From: Syntrophobacterales bacterium
Lineage (GTDB): Bacteria; Desulfobacterota; Syntrophobacteria; Syntrophobacterales; Syntrophobacteraceae
Assembly: GCA_041310025.1 (NCBI GenBank)
Contig: JBFYYO010000001.1
Span: 1-62,955, forward strand
Direction of reading: 5' to 3'
DNA: 62,955 nt
The first letter of the stretch is position 1. The number at the start of each line of letters is the position of its first letter. The notes beneath the pieces are model-generated. The model saw only the letters and a list, made by a program, of their open reading frames with translations. It did no database searches and had not been told where the DNA came from. Both the position numbers and the translations under genes were made by a program. Below are positions 40,727-49,346 of the stretch, piece after piece.

Positions 40727-42760
40727 ATGGAAAAGAGGCAGCACGGCGAACTGGTCGCCGGACTTCTTGACGATGCACCGATCGCTTCGGACAATCCGGT
40801 GAAGATCCAGGATTTGACTTTTCGCGATGGCCATCAATCGCTTTTCGCCACGCGCGGCCGGACCGAGGATTTCATTCCCATCGCCGAAGAGATGGATCAG
40901 GTGGGATATTATTCCATGGAGGTCTGGGGAGGGGCGACCTTCGATACGATGCATCGCTTTCTCGGCGAGGACCCCTGGGAGCGGATCCGCACACTCAAAA
41001 AATACATCAAGAAGACCCCTTTCTCGATGCTCCTCCGCGGACAGAACCTCGTGGGGTACCGCAACTACCCCGACGATGTGGCGGAAGCCTTCGTGGACCG
41101 CGCCTGTGAAAACGGCATGGATATTTTCCGTGTTTTCGATGCGTTGAACGACTTCCGCAACTTCGAAACCGCCGTTAAGATCATCAAGGAGCGAGGCAAG
41201 CACTTCCAGGGCTCCATCTGTTACTCCCTGACGGAAAGCCGTATGGGCGGAGCCGTCTACAACCTGGATTATTATCTTCAGAAGGCCAAAGACCTCGAGA
41301 ACATGGGGGCGGACACCATCTGCATCAAGGACATGGCGGGACTCATCGCTCCCTATGATGCGTATGTGCTGATCAAGGCCCTCAAAGAGACCGTGAAGGC
41401 TCCCATCCATCTGCACAGCCATTTCACCTCCGGAATGGCGGACATGTCCCTCCTCAAGGCCATCGAGGCCGGGGTGGACATCGTGGATACCTGCCTCTCC
41501 CCGTGGGCCTATCGCACGTCGCACCCGGCCGTCGAGCCGCTGGTGGCCGCCTTGCGTCACACCAACCGCGACACCGGCTTCGATTTGAAGCTGCTCGCCC
41601 GGTGCAGCGAATATATGGAGAAGATTTCGCCCAAGTACAGGCACCTCCTCGACGACCGCATGTCCATCATCGACATCAACGTCCTGCTGCACCAGACTCC
41701 AGGAGGAATGCTCTCGAACCTGGTCAATCAGCTTCGCGAAATGGACGCCCTCGACAAGATCGACGAGGTTTTCCGGCAGCTTCCCATCGTCCGACGCGAG
41801 CTCGGGCAGGTTCCCCTGGTCACGCCCACCAGCCAGATCGTTGGCATTCAGACCGTGAACAACGTCTTGTTCGACTCGCCGCAGGAGCGCTACAAGATGA
41901 TCACCGCGCAGGTCAAGGATCTCTGCTACGGCCTGTACGGCAAGACAGCCATTCCCATAGACCCTGAGGTGCAGAAAAAGGCGCTGAAGGGCTATCCGAG
42001 AGGCGAGCAGCCCATCACGACACGCCCGGCCGACGTCCTGGAGCCCGAACTGGCCAAAGCGGAAAGCGACGTGCAGGGACTCGCCAAGGACATCGACGAT
42101 GTGCTCGTGTACGCCCTCTACCCCACGACCGGCAAACGCTTTCTGCGCTGGAAATACGGTCACGAAGAGGTACCCAGGGAAGTCAAGCCCAGGACCATCG
42201 AGGAAGTGAAAGTCGAGGAGGAAGTCGTGAAGAAGGCCAAGGCCGGACTCCTCGTGGAGAAATGTGTGAAGGAAGCTCCCGCGAAAGGCCCCGGCTCCCG
42301 GACGTTCAACGTGTTCGTGGACGGCGAGTTCTTCGAAGTGGACGTCGAGCAGGTGGGGGGCGCTCCCATGGTGACCTCCATTGTTCAGGCGCCTCAAACG
42401 GCAGCGGCGCCCCACGCAGCCCTCACTGCGGCACCGGCTGCTGTAGCCGTGCCGCCTCCACCTCCCAGGCCTGCTGCAGCTCCGACGCCCTCAGCGGCGG
42501 CGCAACCGGCTCCCCCAGCCAAACCCGCTGCTGCCCCGTCCGCAGGAGGCACTGCCATTGAGGCGCCCATGCCGGGCATGATCATCCGCTATGAGGTCAG
42601 CGAAGGGGCCTCCGTGAAAGAGGGGGACGTCGTGTTGATCCTGGAAGCCATGAAGATGGAGAATTCCATCACGAGCCCCACAGCCGGAACCGTCAACAAG
42701 ATCCATTTCAAAGACGGTGACACGGTGCAGAAGGGAGACGTCCTCGCCGTCATCGGCTGA
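40727..42760 (+). CDS. Transcarboxylase 5S-type carboxyltransferase fused to a biotin carboxyl carrier domain (OadA / PycB family)
   Basis: Trimmed to the ATG at 40727, 8 nt after AAGGAG. Shows the HMGL-like domain (QDLTFRDGHQS), an Ala/Pro-rich linker, and a C-terminal biotinyl domain with EAMKMEN. Confidence 0.9.
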   Translation: MEKRQHGELVAGLLDDAPIASDNPVKIQDLTFRDGHQSLFATRGRTEDFIPIAEEMDQVGYYSMEVWGGATFDTMHRFLGEDPWERIRTLKKYIKKTPFSMLLRGQNLVGYRNYPDDVAEAFVDRACENGMDIFRVFDALNDFRNFETAVKIIKERGKHFQGSICYSLTESRMGGAVYNLDYYLQKAKDLENMGADTICIKDMAGLIAPYDAYVLIKALKETVKAPIHLHSHFTSGMADMSLLKAIEAGVDIVDTCLSPWAYRTSHPAVEPLVAALRHTNRDTGFDLKLLARCSEYMEKISPKYRHLLDDRMSIIDINVLLHQTPGGMLSNLVNQLREMDALDKIDEVFRQLPIVRRELGQVPLVTPTSQIVGIQTVNNVLFDSPQERYKMITAQVKDLCYGLYGKTAIPIDPEVQKKALKGYPRGEQPITTRPADVLEPELAKAESDVQGLAKDIDDVLVYALYPTTGKRFLRWKYGHEEVPREVKPRTIEEVKVEEEVVKKAKAGLLVEKCVKEAPAKGPGSRTFNVFVDGEFFEVDVEQVGGAPMVTSIVQAPQTAAAPHAALTAAPAAVAVPPPPPRPAAAPTPSAAAQPAPPAKPAAAPSAGGTAIEAPMPGMIIRYEVSEGASVKEGDVVLILEAMKMENSITSPTAGTVNKIHFKDGDTVQKGDVLAVIG

Positions 42761-42790
42761 AGCACAGTTGCGCAGACATTCATCAAAAAA

Positions 42791-42815
42791 GGCGGCCTCA
42801 TGAGGTCGCCTTTTT
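42791..42815. terminator. Bidirectional intrinsic terminator
   Basis: A6 (42785-42790), then the 8-bp stem GGCGGCCT / AGGTCGCC with loop CATG, then T5 (42811-42815). It sits between convergent genes. Confidence 0.8.
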
Positions 42816-42941
42816 CATTTCTGATTCAATGAGTATCGAGGAATGCGGCGTGCGATTGTTCCTTGGCGGGAGCCTGGCTCAATCCCGCAAGAAGGGTGAG
42901 ATGAAAGTTCTTGATGGGCATCAGCTCGAGAACGGTTGAGC

Positions 42942-43124
42942 TCAATACCTTGAATAATTCATCTTGGAGCCAAAATCCTTGATCGTTCGCTCGTCATAAT
43001 TCAGGATCGCATCCTGAAAGGCCCTCAATCGCTCACATTCCTTGCTGCACTCCTCCTTGTTGAGATGCACATTCTCACAGCAGCGGCATGGGCTCTCGAT
43101 CGTTTTGGCAAAGCTCAGACTCAT
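42942..43124 (-). CDS. Small Cys-rich hypothetical protein (60 aa)
   Basis: ORF 42942..43157 trimmed to the ATG at 43124, which follows GAGAGGAAA by 6 nt. Sequence contains SPCRCCENVHLNKEECSKEC. The local GC content is visibly lower than in the flanking genes. Confidence 0.4.
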   Translation of the reverse strand: MSLSFAKTIESPCRCCENVHLNKEECSKECERLRAFQDAILNYDERTIKDFGSKMNYSRY

Positions 43125-43292
43125 AACGGGTTTCCTCTCATCCAGGATGAATGCCAAAAAAACGGATAACGAATGATGTCCGATCAGCGGAAATCCATAT
43201 AAAATGAGGTTTCAGACACTGTCAAGCCGATTGTGTCGCAGCGAAAGACAGATCAACCTCAATGAGCAGGCAAATTCGATACGACCACAGAA

Positions 43293-43643
43293 TCATTCAG
43301 ATTCCTTCAGCTTTTCCCGCTTTTTCACAGCGTCTTTCTTGAGCCGGTTGACCGTCATTTCCAAGACCGGGAAAACGTTCTCACGAATATCCCCCGCAAC
43401 GACCACAAGCATCACATCCTCACCCACATGGCGGCGGCCCGTGAAGAGGTGTGCCTCGACGGCAGAGATCCCGGGCTTTGAGCGCATTTCAGCCAGAACG
43501 CCGTTCCAGGACTCTTGATTGACGTCGATATCCAGGAATTCAGCCGGGGCACCCTGGCGACTTGTGCCGCGCACCACACCGTTGTGACAGATGATCATCC
43601 CCACCTTCGAGGGATCCATTTCACTTTTGACCTTGTCCACCAT
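43293..43643 (-). CDS. MoaE-fold (molybdopterin synthase large-subunit-like) protein, short form
   Basis: 116 aa. GMIICHNGVVRG...GEDVMLVVVAGDIRENVFPVLEMTVNRLKKDAVKKRE parallels E. coli MoaE GAVVTFTGKVR...GDEIVFVGVTSAHRSSAFEAGQFIMDYLKTRAPFWKRE. The HR of the SAHR motif is replaced by IR. Confidence 0.55.
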   Translation of the reverse strand: MVDKVKSEMDPSKVGMIICHNGVVRGTSRQGAPAEFLDIDVNQESWNGVLAEMRSKPGISAVEAHLFTGRRHVGEDVMLVVVAGDIRENVFPVLEMTVNRLKKDAVKKREKLKESE

Positions 43644-43732
43644 CTCCTGGAGTGTCAGCGTGGCTCTCTCCTTGTATAGCTGGGCGCGTCTCCGAGGCGA
43701 GGCACCCGCCCGATCTCAAGGCTGGACCGGTT

Positions 43733-43753
43733 ATGTAAGAAAAATCCTTACAT
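43733..43753. promoter_or_regulatory. Perfect inverted repeat ATGTAAG-N7-CTTACAT, a candidate operator
   Basis: It lies in the 580-bp divergent region between the MoaE-like gene and the mutase gene, and is flanked by direct GGACC repeats. Confidence 0.4.
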
Positions 43754-43932
43754 GGACCCCTGTTTTTCCTGACAAGAAAATCAGAACCCGTCGGATATTC
43801 GATCTACGCGCCTTCTCGTATAAGTGCTGCGGTGAACATCCTTCATCAGGGGTGAAAATACAGGTCGAGCATTCACTGGAGCCCTCACGCATCCCGGCAG
43901 CATCTGCTCTCATGGTCAACGGAAAAGGTCTG

Positions 43933-43961
43933 TTGATTCTTGTTGAGCGCACTGCTATAGA
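43933..43961 (+). promoter_or_regulatory. Candidate sigma70-type promoter for the mutase operon
   Basis: TTGATT (43933-43938), a 17-nt spacer, then TATAGA (43956-43961). This would give a leader of about 260 nt. Confidence 0.25.
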
Positions 43962-44225
43962 CTTCAGTGAAAAATGGCACGAACTAAGATCTCATCTTTA
44001 ACCTCATGTGGCGGATGAGGCAAGGTTGCGTTCTCATGTTCGTTGCCCCTGGCCGTTTCTCCCATCGATGAATGGCCCATGTTCAGCCCTCACCACTGCT
44101 CTATTGAGTATATGAGTCATCGGAATCCTTTCTGTCAACCGATTCGGGGGGTGCATCTTCAAACAGGGTATCAGCGGGTCGTCCCCGTCCGGTACCGGAA
44201 GGAAAACGCGTTGAGGAGGACCAGC

Positions 44226-45905
44226 ATGTCAGAAGAGAAGTCGTTGGAAAAAGTGAAAGCAGGAAAGGAAAAATGGGATCAGGGAAGCGTTCAGAAAACC
44301 CTTTCCAAGGCTCCCGAGCGCAGGAAAACCTTCACCAGCATTTCCAACATCCCGGTGGAAAGGCTTTACACTCCATGGGATGTTGCGAACCTCGACTACG
44401 GGAACGACCTGGGGTTCCCGGGGGAGTATCCTTTCACTCGTGGCGTGCAGCCCACCATGTACCGGGGTCGCTTCTGGACCATGCGACAATATGCCGGATT
44501 TGGCAGCGCCGCGGAGAGCAACGAGCGTTATCGCTACCTGCTTCAGCAGGGTCAGACGGGACTCAGCGTCGCCTTCGACCTTCCCACCCAGGCGGGGTAT
44601 GACAGCGACCATCCGCTCTCCATGGGCGAAGTCGGCAAGGTCGGTGTCGCCATCGACTCCATCGAGGATATGCGCGTGCTTTTCGACTCCATCCCTCTGG
44701 ACAAGGTGACCACCTCGATGACCATCAATGCGCCTGCCACGGTGCTTCTGGCCATGTACCTGGCCATCGCCGAGGAGCAGGGCGTCCCCTTCGACAAGGT
44801 GGGCGGAACGGTGCAGAATGACATTTTGAAAGAGATCACCGTGCGCGGTCAGTACATTTACCCTCCCAAGCCGAGCATGCGACTGACGGTGGACCTCATC
44901 GACTACTGCTTCAAGAATGTCCCCAAGTGGAACTCCATCAGCATCAGCGGGTATCACATCCGTGAGGCGGGCTCCACGGCCGGGCAGGAGATGGCCTTCA
45001 CCCTCGCCGACGGGATCGCTTACGTCCAGGCATGCGTCGAGCGGGGCATGGCGGTGGATTCCTTCGCTCCCCGGCTGAGCTTCTTCTTCAACTCTTTCAC
45101 CAATGTTCTGGAAGAGGTGGCCAAGTTCAGGGCCGGGCGCCGCTACTGGGCGCGGGTCATGAAAGAGCGGTTCGGCGCCAAGGATCCAAGGTCCATGATG
45201 ATGCGCTACCATGTCCAGACGGGCGGTGTCACGCTCACGGCACAGCAGCCCCTCAACAACGTCGTGCGAGTTGCCCTGCAGGCCTATGCCGCAGCCCTTG
45301 GTGGATGCCAGTCGCTGCACACCAACTCGTATGACGAAGCACTCTGCCTGCCCACTCAGGATGCTGTGACCGTGGCGCTCCGCACCCAGCAGATCGTGGC
45401 CGAGGAGAGTGGGGCTGCCGACACCATCGACCCGCTGGCGGGCAGTTATTTCGTCGAGGCCATGACCGACAAGATCGAAGCGGAGATCGATGACTACATC
45501 AAGAAGATCGACGCCATGGGCGGCACATTGACCGCCATTGAACAGGGCTTCGTTCAGAGGGAAATCCAGAACAGCGCCTACCGCTTCCAGCGGGAGATAG
45601 AGTCCACGGAGCGGGTTTACGTTGGAATCAACAAATACACCATGGAAGAGCCCCCTCCCACCAATCTGCTCAAGGTCGACATGAGCGTGGGCGAGGTCGA
45701 AGAAGCCAAGCTCAAGAAGATGCGCGCCGGGCGCGATGCGGGCAAATGGAAGGCCGCCCTGGATCACCTTCGGGAGGTCTCCCAGTCCGATCAGAACGTG
45801 ATGCCCGCAGTGATCGAAGCCGTCAAGGCCAAGGCGACGGTGGGAGAGATTTGCGATGTCTGGCGCAGCATCTACGGGGAGTACCGTCCCAAGGAATTCG
45901 TTTAA
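44226..45905 (+). CDS. Methylmalonyl-CoA mutase, catalytic (TIM-barrel) subunit
   Basis: ORF 44043..45905 trimmed to the ATG at 44226, which follows GAGGAGGA. Shows FPGEYPFTRGV, RQYAGFG, TGLSVAFDLPTQ and FFNSFTN-type blocks. There is no B12 domain on this chain. Confidence 0.93.
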   Translation: MSEEKSLEKVKAGKEKWDQGSVQKTLSKAPERRKTFTSISNIPVERLYTPWDVANLDYGNDLGFPGEYPFTRGVQPTMYRGRFWTMRQYAGFGSAAESNERYRYLLQQGQTGLSVAFDLPTQAGYDSDHPLSMGEVGKVGVAIDSIEDMRVLFDSIPLDKVTTSMTINAPATVLLAMYLAIAEEQGVPFDKVGGTVQNDILKEITVRGQYIYPPKPSMRLTVDLIDYCFKNVPKWNSISISGYHIREAGSTAGQEMAFTLADGIAYVQACVERGMAVDSFAPRLSFFFNSFTNVLEEVAKFRAGRRYWARVMKERFGAKDPRSMMMRYHVQTGGVTLTAQQPLNNVVRVALQAYAAALGGCQSLHTNSYDEALCLPTQDAVTVALRTQQIVAEESGAADTIDPLAGSYFVEAMTDKIEAEIDDYIKKIDAMGGTLTAIEQGFVQREIQNSAYRFQREIESTERVYVGINKYTMEEPPPTNLLKVDMSVGEVEEAKLKKMRAGRDAGKWKAALDHLREVSQSDQNVMPAVIEAVKAKATVGEICDVWRSIYGEYRPKEFV

Positions 45906-45967
45906 TTCTTCTCCAGCTCTGGGACATTGAAGAAGCTTAAGAGCGGTTCAATTTCGGAGGCATATCC

Positions 45968-46369
45968 ATGGCACAAGAACGCAAGATCAAGATCATTGTT
46001 GCAAAACCCGGCCTCGACGGACACGACCGGGGCGCCAAGCTTCTGGCGAGAATCTTCGCCGAAGCCGGTATGGAAGTGGTTTACACCGGCTTGCGCCAGA
46101 CACCCGAGATGATCGTTGAAACCGCGCTGCAGGAAGATGCGGACGTGGTGGGCATGAGCAGCCTGTCGGGAGTGCACAACTATTTTTTCCCGAGAGTGGT
46201 CGAGCTCCTGAAGGAAAAGGGGCTCGATGACGTGCTGGTGGTTGGCGGCGGCATCATTCCCCGCGAAGATGTCGACGGCCTGAAAAATGCCGGGGTCAAA
46301 GCCATCTTTGGACCGGGCACGGATACCAATGATATCGTGACCTTCATCAAGGACAATGTCAGGAACTGA
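45968..46369 (+). CDS. Methylmalonyl-CoA mutase, cobalamin-binding subunit
   Basis: 133 aa with the B12-binding DxHxxG motif (GLDGHDRGAK) and the GGGIIP motif. Confidence 0.9.
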   Translation: MAQERKIKIIVAKPGLDGHDRGAKLLARIFAEAGMEVVYTGLRQTPEMIVETALQEDADVVGMSSLSGVHNYFFPRVVELLKEKGLDDVLVVGGGIIPREDVDGLKNAGVKAIFGPGTDTNDIVTFIKDNVRN

Positions 46370-46391
46370 TCGTTCACGATGGAGAGGTTCG

Positions 46392-46445
46392 CCGGAAGGG
46401 GAGCCCGAGTCATCTGCCGGTCTCCTCCTCCGGTTTTGGATTTTT
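46392..46445 (+). terminator. Terminator-like hairpin with a T-run inside the mutase operon, a possible attenuator
   Basis: CCGGAAGGGGAG (46392-46403) pairs with CTCCTCCTCCGG (46422-46433) with two mismatches, and is followed by TTTTGGATTTTT. Confidence 0.4.
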
Positions 46446-46513
46446 CCCATTTTTGAGCCGACCATTGAGCGGACGCAGGCCGGCAGCGTGCCAACCGGCC
46501 CGGTCCGCCGCTC

Positions 46514-47512
46514 ATGGGAAGGGATTTGGCAAACATGGCAACGGATTTGGCGGGGGAAGTCCTGAAGGGCTCACCCCGCGCAGCAGCTCGCTTGATCACC
46601 TGGCTCGAGAACGAAGACCCCAAAGCCTTTCCCTGCATGGAGGCGCTGTTTCCTCATTCGGGACGAGCGTATGTCATCGGGATCACGGGTTCACCGGGGG
46701 CCGGCAAGAGCACCCTCACCGACCGGCTGACCCACACCATCCGCAGGTCCGGGCTCACGGTGGGAATCGTCGCCGTTGACCCGTCCAGCCCGTTCACGGG
46801 GGGTGCCGTCCTCGGAGACAGGGTGCGCATGAGCCAGCTCAGCCTGGACCCCGGTGTCTTCATCCGGAGCATGGCGACCCGCGGGTTCCTCGGGGGAATG
46901 GCCAAGGCCACCGGGGAGGTCGTGAAGGTCCTCGATGCCCTCGGAAAGGACATCATCATCATTGAAACCGTGGGAGTCGGTCAGGACGAGGTGGATATCA
47001 TCAGCATCGCCGACACCACCTGCGTGGTGCTTGTCCCCGGGCTGGGTGACGCCATCCAGAGCATGAAGTCCGGCATCATGGAGATTGCGGACGTATTTGT
47101 CATCAACAAGGCCGATCATCCGGGGGCAGATCAGCTCTGGGCGGAAGTGGCCACCCGCATCGAGCAGGACCACCACATCAAGGGCCGCCCCTGGCTGGCC
47201 CCGGTGGTGAAAACGGTGGCCGTGAACAATGAAGGGATGGAAGAGCTCTGGGAGAAGATCGAGGGACATCGTCGACATCTGGAAGAAAGCGGCGAATTCC
47301 TTCAGCGTCGACGGGAGCGCATGGGGCGTGAAACCCTGCGCATGATTCATAACGAGCTGTTTCGGTTCGTGAGGCAGCGGTTGGAGGAAACCGGAGAAAT
47401 GGAGCGCCTGGTCGAACAAATCACCGACCGGAAGCGGGATCCGTACAGTGTCATGAGGGAGATTCTGGATGGATGCCTGATCCAGCCCAAGTCAGCCAAG
47501 GAGGATTTATGA
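46514..47512 (+). CDS. meaB: Methylmalonyl-CoA mutase-associated G-protein chaperone (MeaB/ArgK)
   Basis: P-loop GITGSPGAGKSTL, ETVGVGQ, and the NKAD G4 motif. Confidence 0.9.
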   Translation: MGRDLANMATDLAGEVLKGSPRAAARLITWLENEDPKAFPCMEALFPHSGRAYVIGITGSPGAGKSTLTDRLTHTIRRSGLTVGIVAVDPSSPFTGGAVLGDRVRMSQLSLDPGVFIRSMATRGFLGGMAKATGEVVKVLDALGKDIIIIETVGVGQDEVDIISIADTTCVVLVPGLGDAIQSMKSGIMEIADVFVINKADHPGADQLWAEVATRIEQDHHIKGRPWLAPVVKTVAVNNEGMEELWEKIEGHRRHLEESGEFLQRRRERMGRETLRMIHNELFRFVRQRLEETGEMERLVEQITDRKRDPYSVMREILDGCLIQPKSAKEDL

Positions 47513-47916
47513 AAGTCTTGAAGGTCGATCATATCGGGATTGCAGTGAAGAGTATCGATGAAACCAGGAAGCTCTATCATGATCTGCTCGGTCTGCCCCA
47601 CGCCGGAAATGAAACGGTGCAGGAGCAAAAAGTCACCACGGCTTTCTTTCCCGTTGGCGACACAGAAGTCGAGCTCCTCGAGTCCACAGCCCCCGACGGC
47701 CCCATCGCCAAGTATCTCGAGAAGCGTGGAGAGGGCGTCCAGCACATCGCCTTCCGGGTTGAGAACATCGAGGAAGCCCTGGCCGAGCTCAAGGAAAAGG
47801 GAATTCAGCTCATCGACGAAAAGCCCCGCAAGGGCGCCGGAGGAGCCCAGATCGCTTTCCTGCACCCCAAATCCACTTACGGAGTGCTGGTGGAGCTTTG
47901 CCAGCGTGACGATTAG
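47509..47916 (+). CDS. mce: Methylmalonyl-CoA epimerase (VOC family)
   Basis: Trimmed to the ATG at 47509, which overlaps the meaB stop (ATGA) and follows AAGGAGGA. Shows VDHIGIAV, GVQHIAFRV and VLVELCQ. Confidence 0.9.
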   Translation: MKVLKVDHIGIAVKSIDETRKLYHDLLGLPHAGNETVQEQKVTTAFFPVGDTEVELLESTAPDGPIAKYLEKRGEGVQHIAFRVENIEEALAELKEKGIQLIDEKPRKGAGGAQIAFLHPKSTYGVLVELCQRDD

Positions 47917-47947
47917 CAGACTGGAGCCTGGCCCACAGGCTGTGTTA

Positions 47948-47976
47948 GGGTGGGCACGAGCGAATCGTGCCCACCC
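47948..47976 (+). terminator. Perfect 11-bp GC-rich hairpin after the epimerase gene (no T-run)
   Basis: GGGTGGGCACG - agcgaat - CGTGCCCACCC. Confidence 0.45.
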
Positions 47977-48359
47977 GCTCTCTGCAATGCCACACACCCT
48001 GCCCCGCCGCAGAACGATTGAGTCCAGCCCGCAGCTCTCAGCTGAGCTCTCTGAACGTCATGCCGGCGTAGGCCTGAATCCCGTCGCGCCAGGGGCGTGA
48101 TTCAGGCTTCTCTGGACCCCGGCTTTGGCCGGGGCGACGGCTTGGCTCGGACCAGCGCCACATTCCTCTATTACAGAGCCTTGCCCTCCACCGCAGGACG
48201 CGGCGACGGCAGGCCGCTCACCCCCCAAAATTCCCTCATGCTTACTGCCACACGTGCCGTTTAGGAGTTCGAGCTTTTTGGCTCGAAAACTGGACCCACC
48301 AAAATGGGTAGCCTGGAGCAAGTCGTTAGGCCTGCGATCTCGGACGGAAAGCGCAGGAC

Positions 48360-49346
48360 GTGCGCGCATTTGGACATGGATCTGAGGAGTTTGAAGAGGT
48401 CACTTTGTTGCGGCAGCAGCGTCCATTATGGCTTTTCATGTTCCTGTTCTGGGCAGTGGCGCCCCGACCCGGTTATGCAGATCTTCGCGAGGTTCTCTCC
48501 AGTGGGGCTCTTCGCCATCTGGGTGCGGTTCACGCCCGTTTCGTGACGGAAAACGCCGATGGTTTCGACGTCGAGCTCATGCAGCTCTTCTCCAAACACC
48601 TGGGAGTCTCCTATCTGTACGTGGAATCATCCTGGGACCGCTTCATCCCTGATCTGACGGGATGCGAGCCGATCCTCCACTCCGAGGGAGGGGAGACCAG
48701 CTCAGATGCTCCGGTATCGATCCTGGGGGATGTTGCGGCCCATGGCATGACGGTTCTTCCCTCGCATCAGGACCGAGTGCTGCTTTCCGACCCGGTGTTC
48801 CCAACCCAGATCTGGATCATGGCCAGGAAGGATTCTGCGATCCGTCCCATCACCCCGACAGGGAACATTCAGGAGGATATCACCGCCGTCAAGTCACTCC
48901 TTCGGGGGCGCACCGTTCTGAGGAAAGTTTACGGCTGTCTGGACCCCTCCCTCTACGGGCTCCAAAGCTGTGATGTGAAAGCCAGAGACTTCACAGGCAG
49001 CCATCAGGACATGGCTCGAGCCATGCTCATGGGCGACGCGGAAGCCATGCTCATCGACGTTCCAGATGCACTCCTCGCGCTCGAAAGATGGCCGCACAGA
49101 CTGAAGGTCATCGGACCCGTCTCTCCCCCTCTGGTCATGAGCTGCGCTTTTTCCAGGAATTCACCTCAGCTCCGGGAAGCGTTCAACGCATTCCTCCAGG
49201 AATGTCGGAGAGACGGCACACTGTATCGTCTGGCCCACAAGCACTTTCCGAGCGTATTGCACTATTTTCCAGAGTTCCCCTGGTTCCCCAGGGCATCATC
49301 TCTTTCTTCTCACGGTGATTTCGCATGTCGTCGCCCCGCGGTATGA
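48360..49346 (+). CDS. Periplasmic solute-binding protein (family 3-like)
   Basis: GTG start. Signal-like LWLFMFLFWAVAPRPGYA, then the fold pattern GFDVELMQLFSKHLGV. It overlaps the kinase gene start by 22 nt. Confidence 0.7.
   Translation: MRAFGHGSEEFEEVTLLRQQRPLWLFMFLFWAVAPRPGYADLREVLSSGALRHLGAVHARFVTENADGFDVELMQLFSKHLGVSYLYVESSWDRFIPDLTGCEPILHSEGGETSSDAPVSILGDVAAHGMTVLPSHQDRVLLSDPVFPTQIWIMARKDSAIRPITPTGNIQEDITAVKSLLRGRTVLRKVYGCLDPSLYGLQSCDVKARDFTGSHQDMARAMLMGDAEAMLIDVPDALLALERWPHRLKVIGPVSPPLVMSCAFSRNSPQLREAFNAFLQECRRDGTLYRLAHKHFPSVLHYFPEFPWFPRASSLSSHGDFACRRPAV

Noticed and set aside
43644-43800. Moco riboswitch upstream of the MoaE-fold gene.
   Set aside because: GCCTCGGAG only superficially resembles the conserved CCUCCGAG element, and I could not reconstruct the multi-stem architecture. 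Unverified without Infernal.
43900-44225. Cobalamin riboswitch upstream of the B12-dependent mutase.
   Set aside because: Only a loose CACCACTGC string resembles the B12 box. The conserved GGGAA / GGTG..AA..CC core elements are absent as far as I can see. A covariance-model scan would be needed to be certain.
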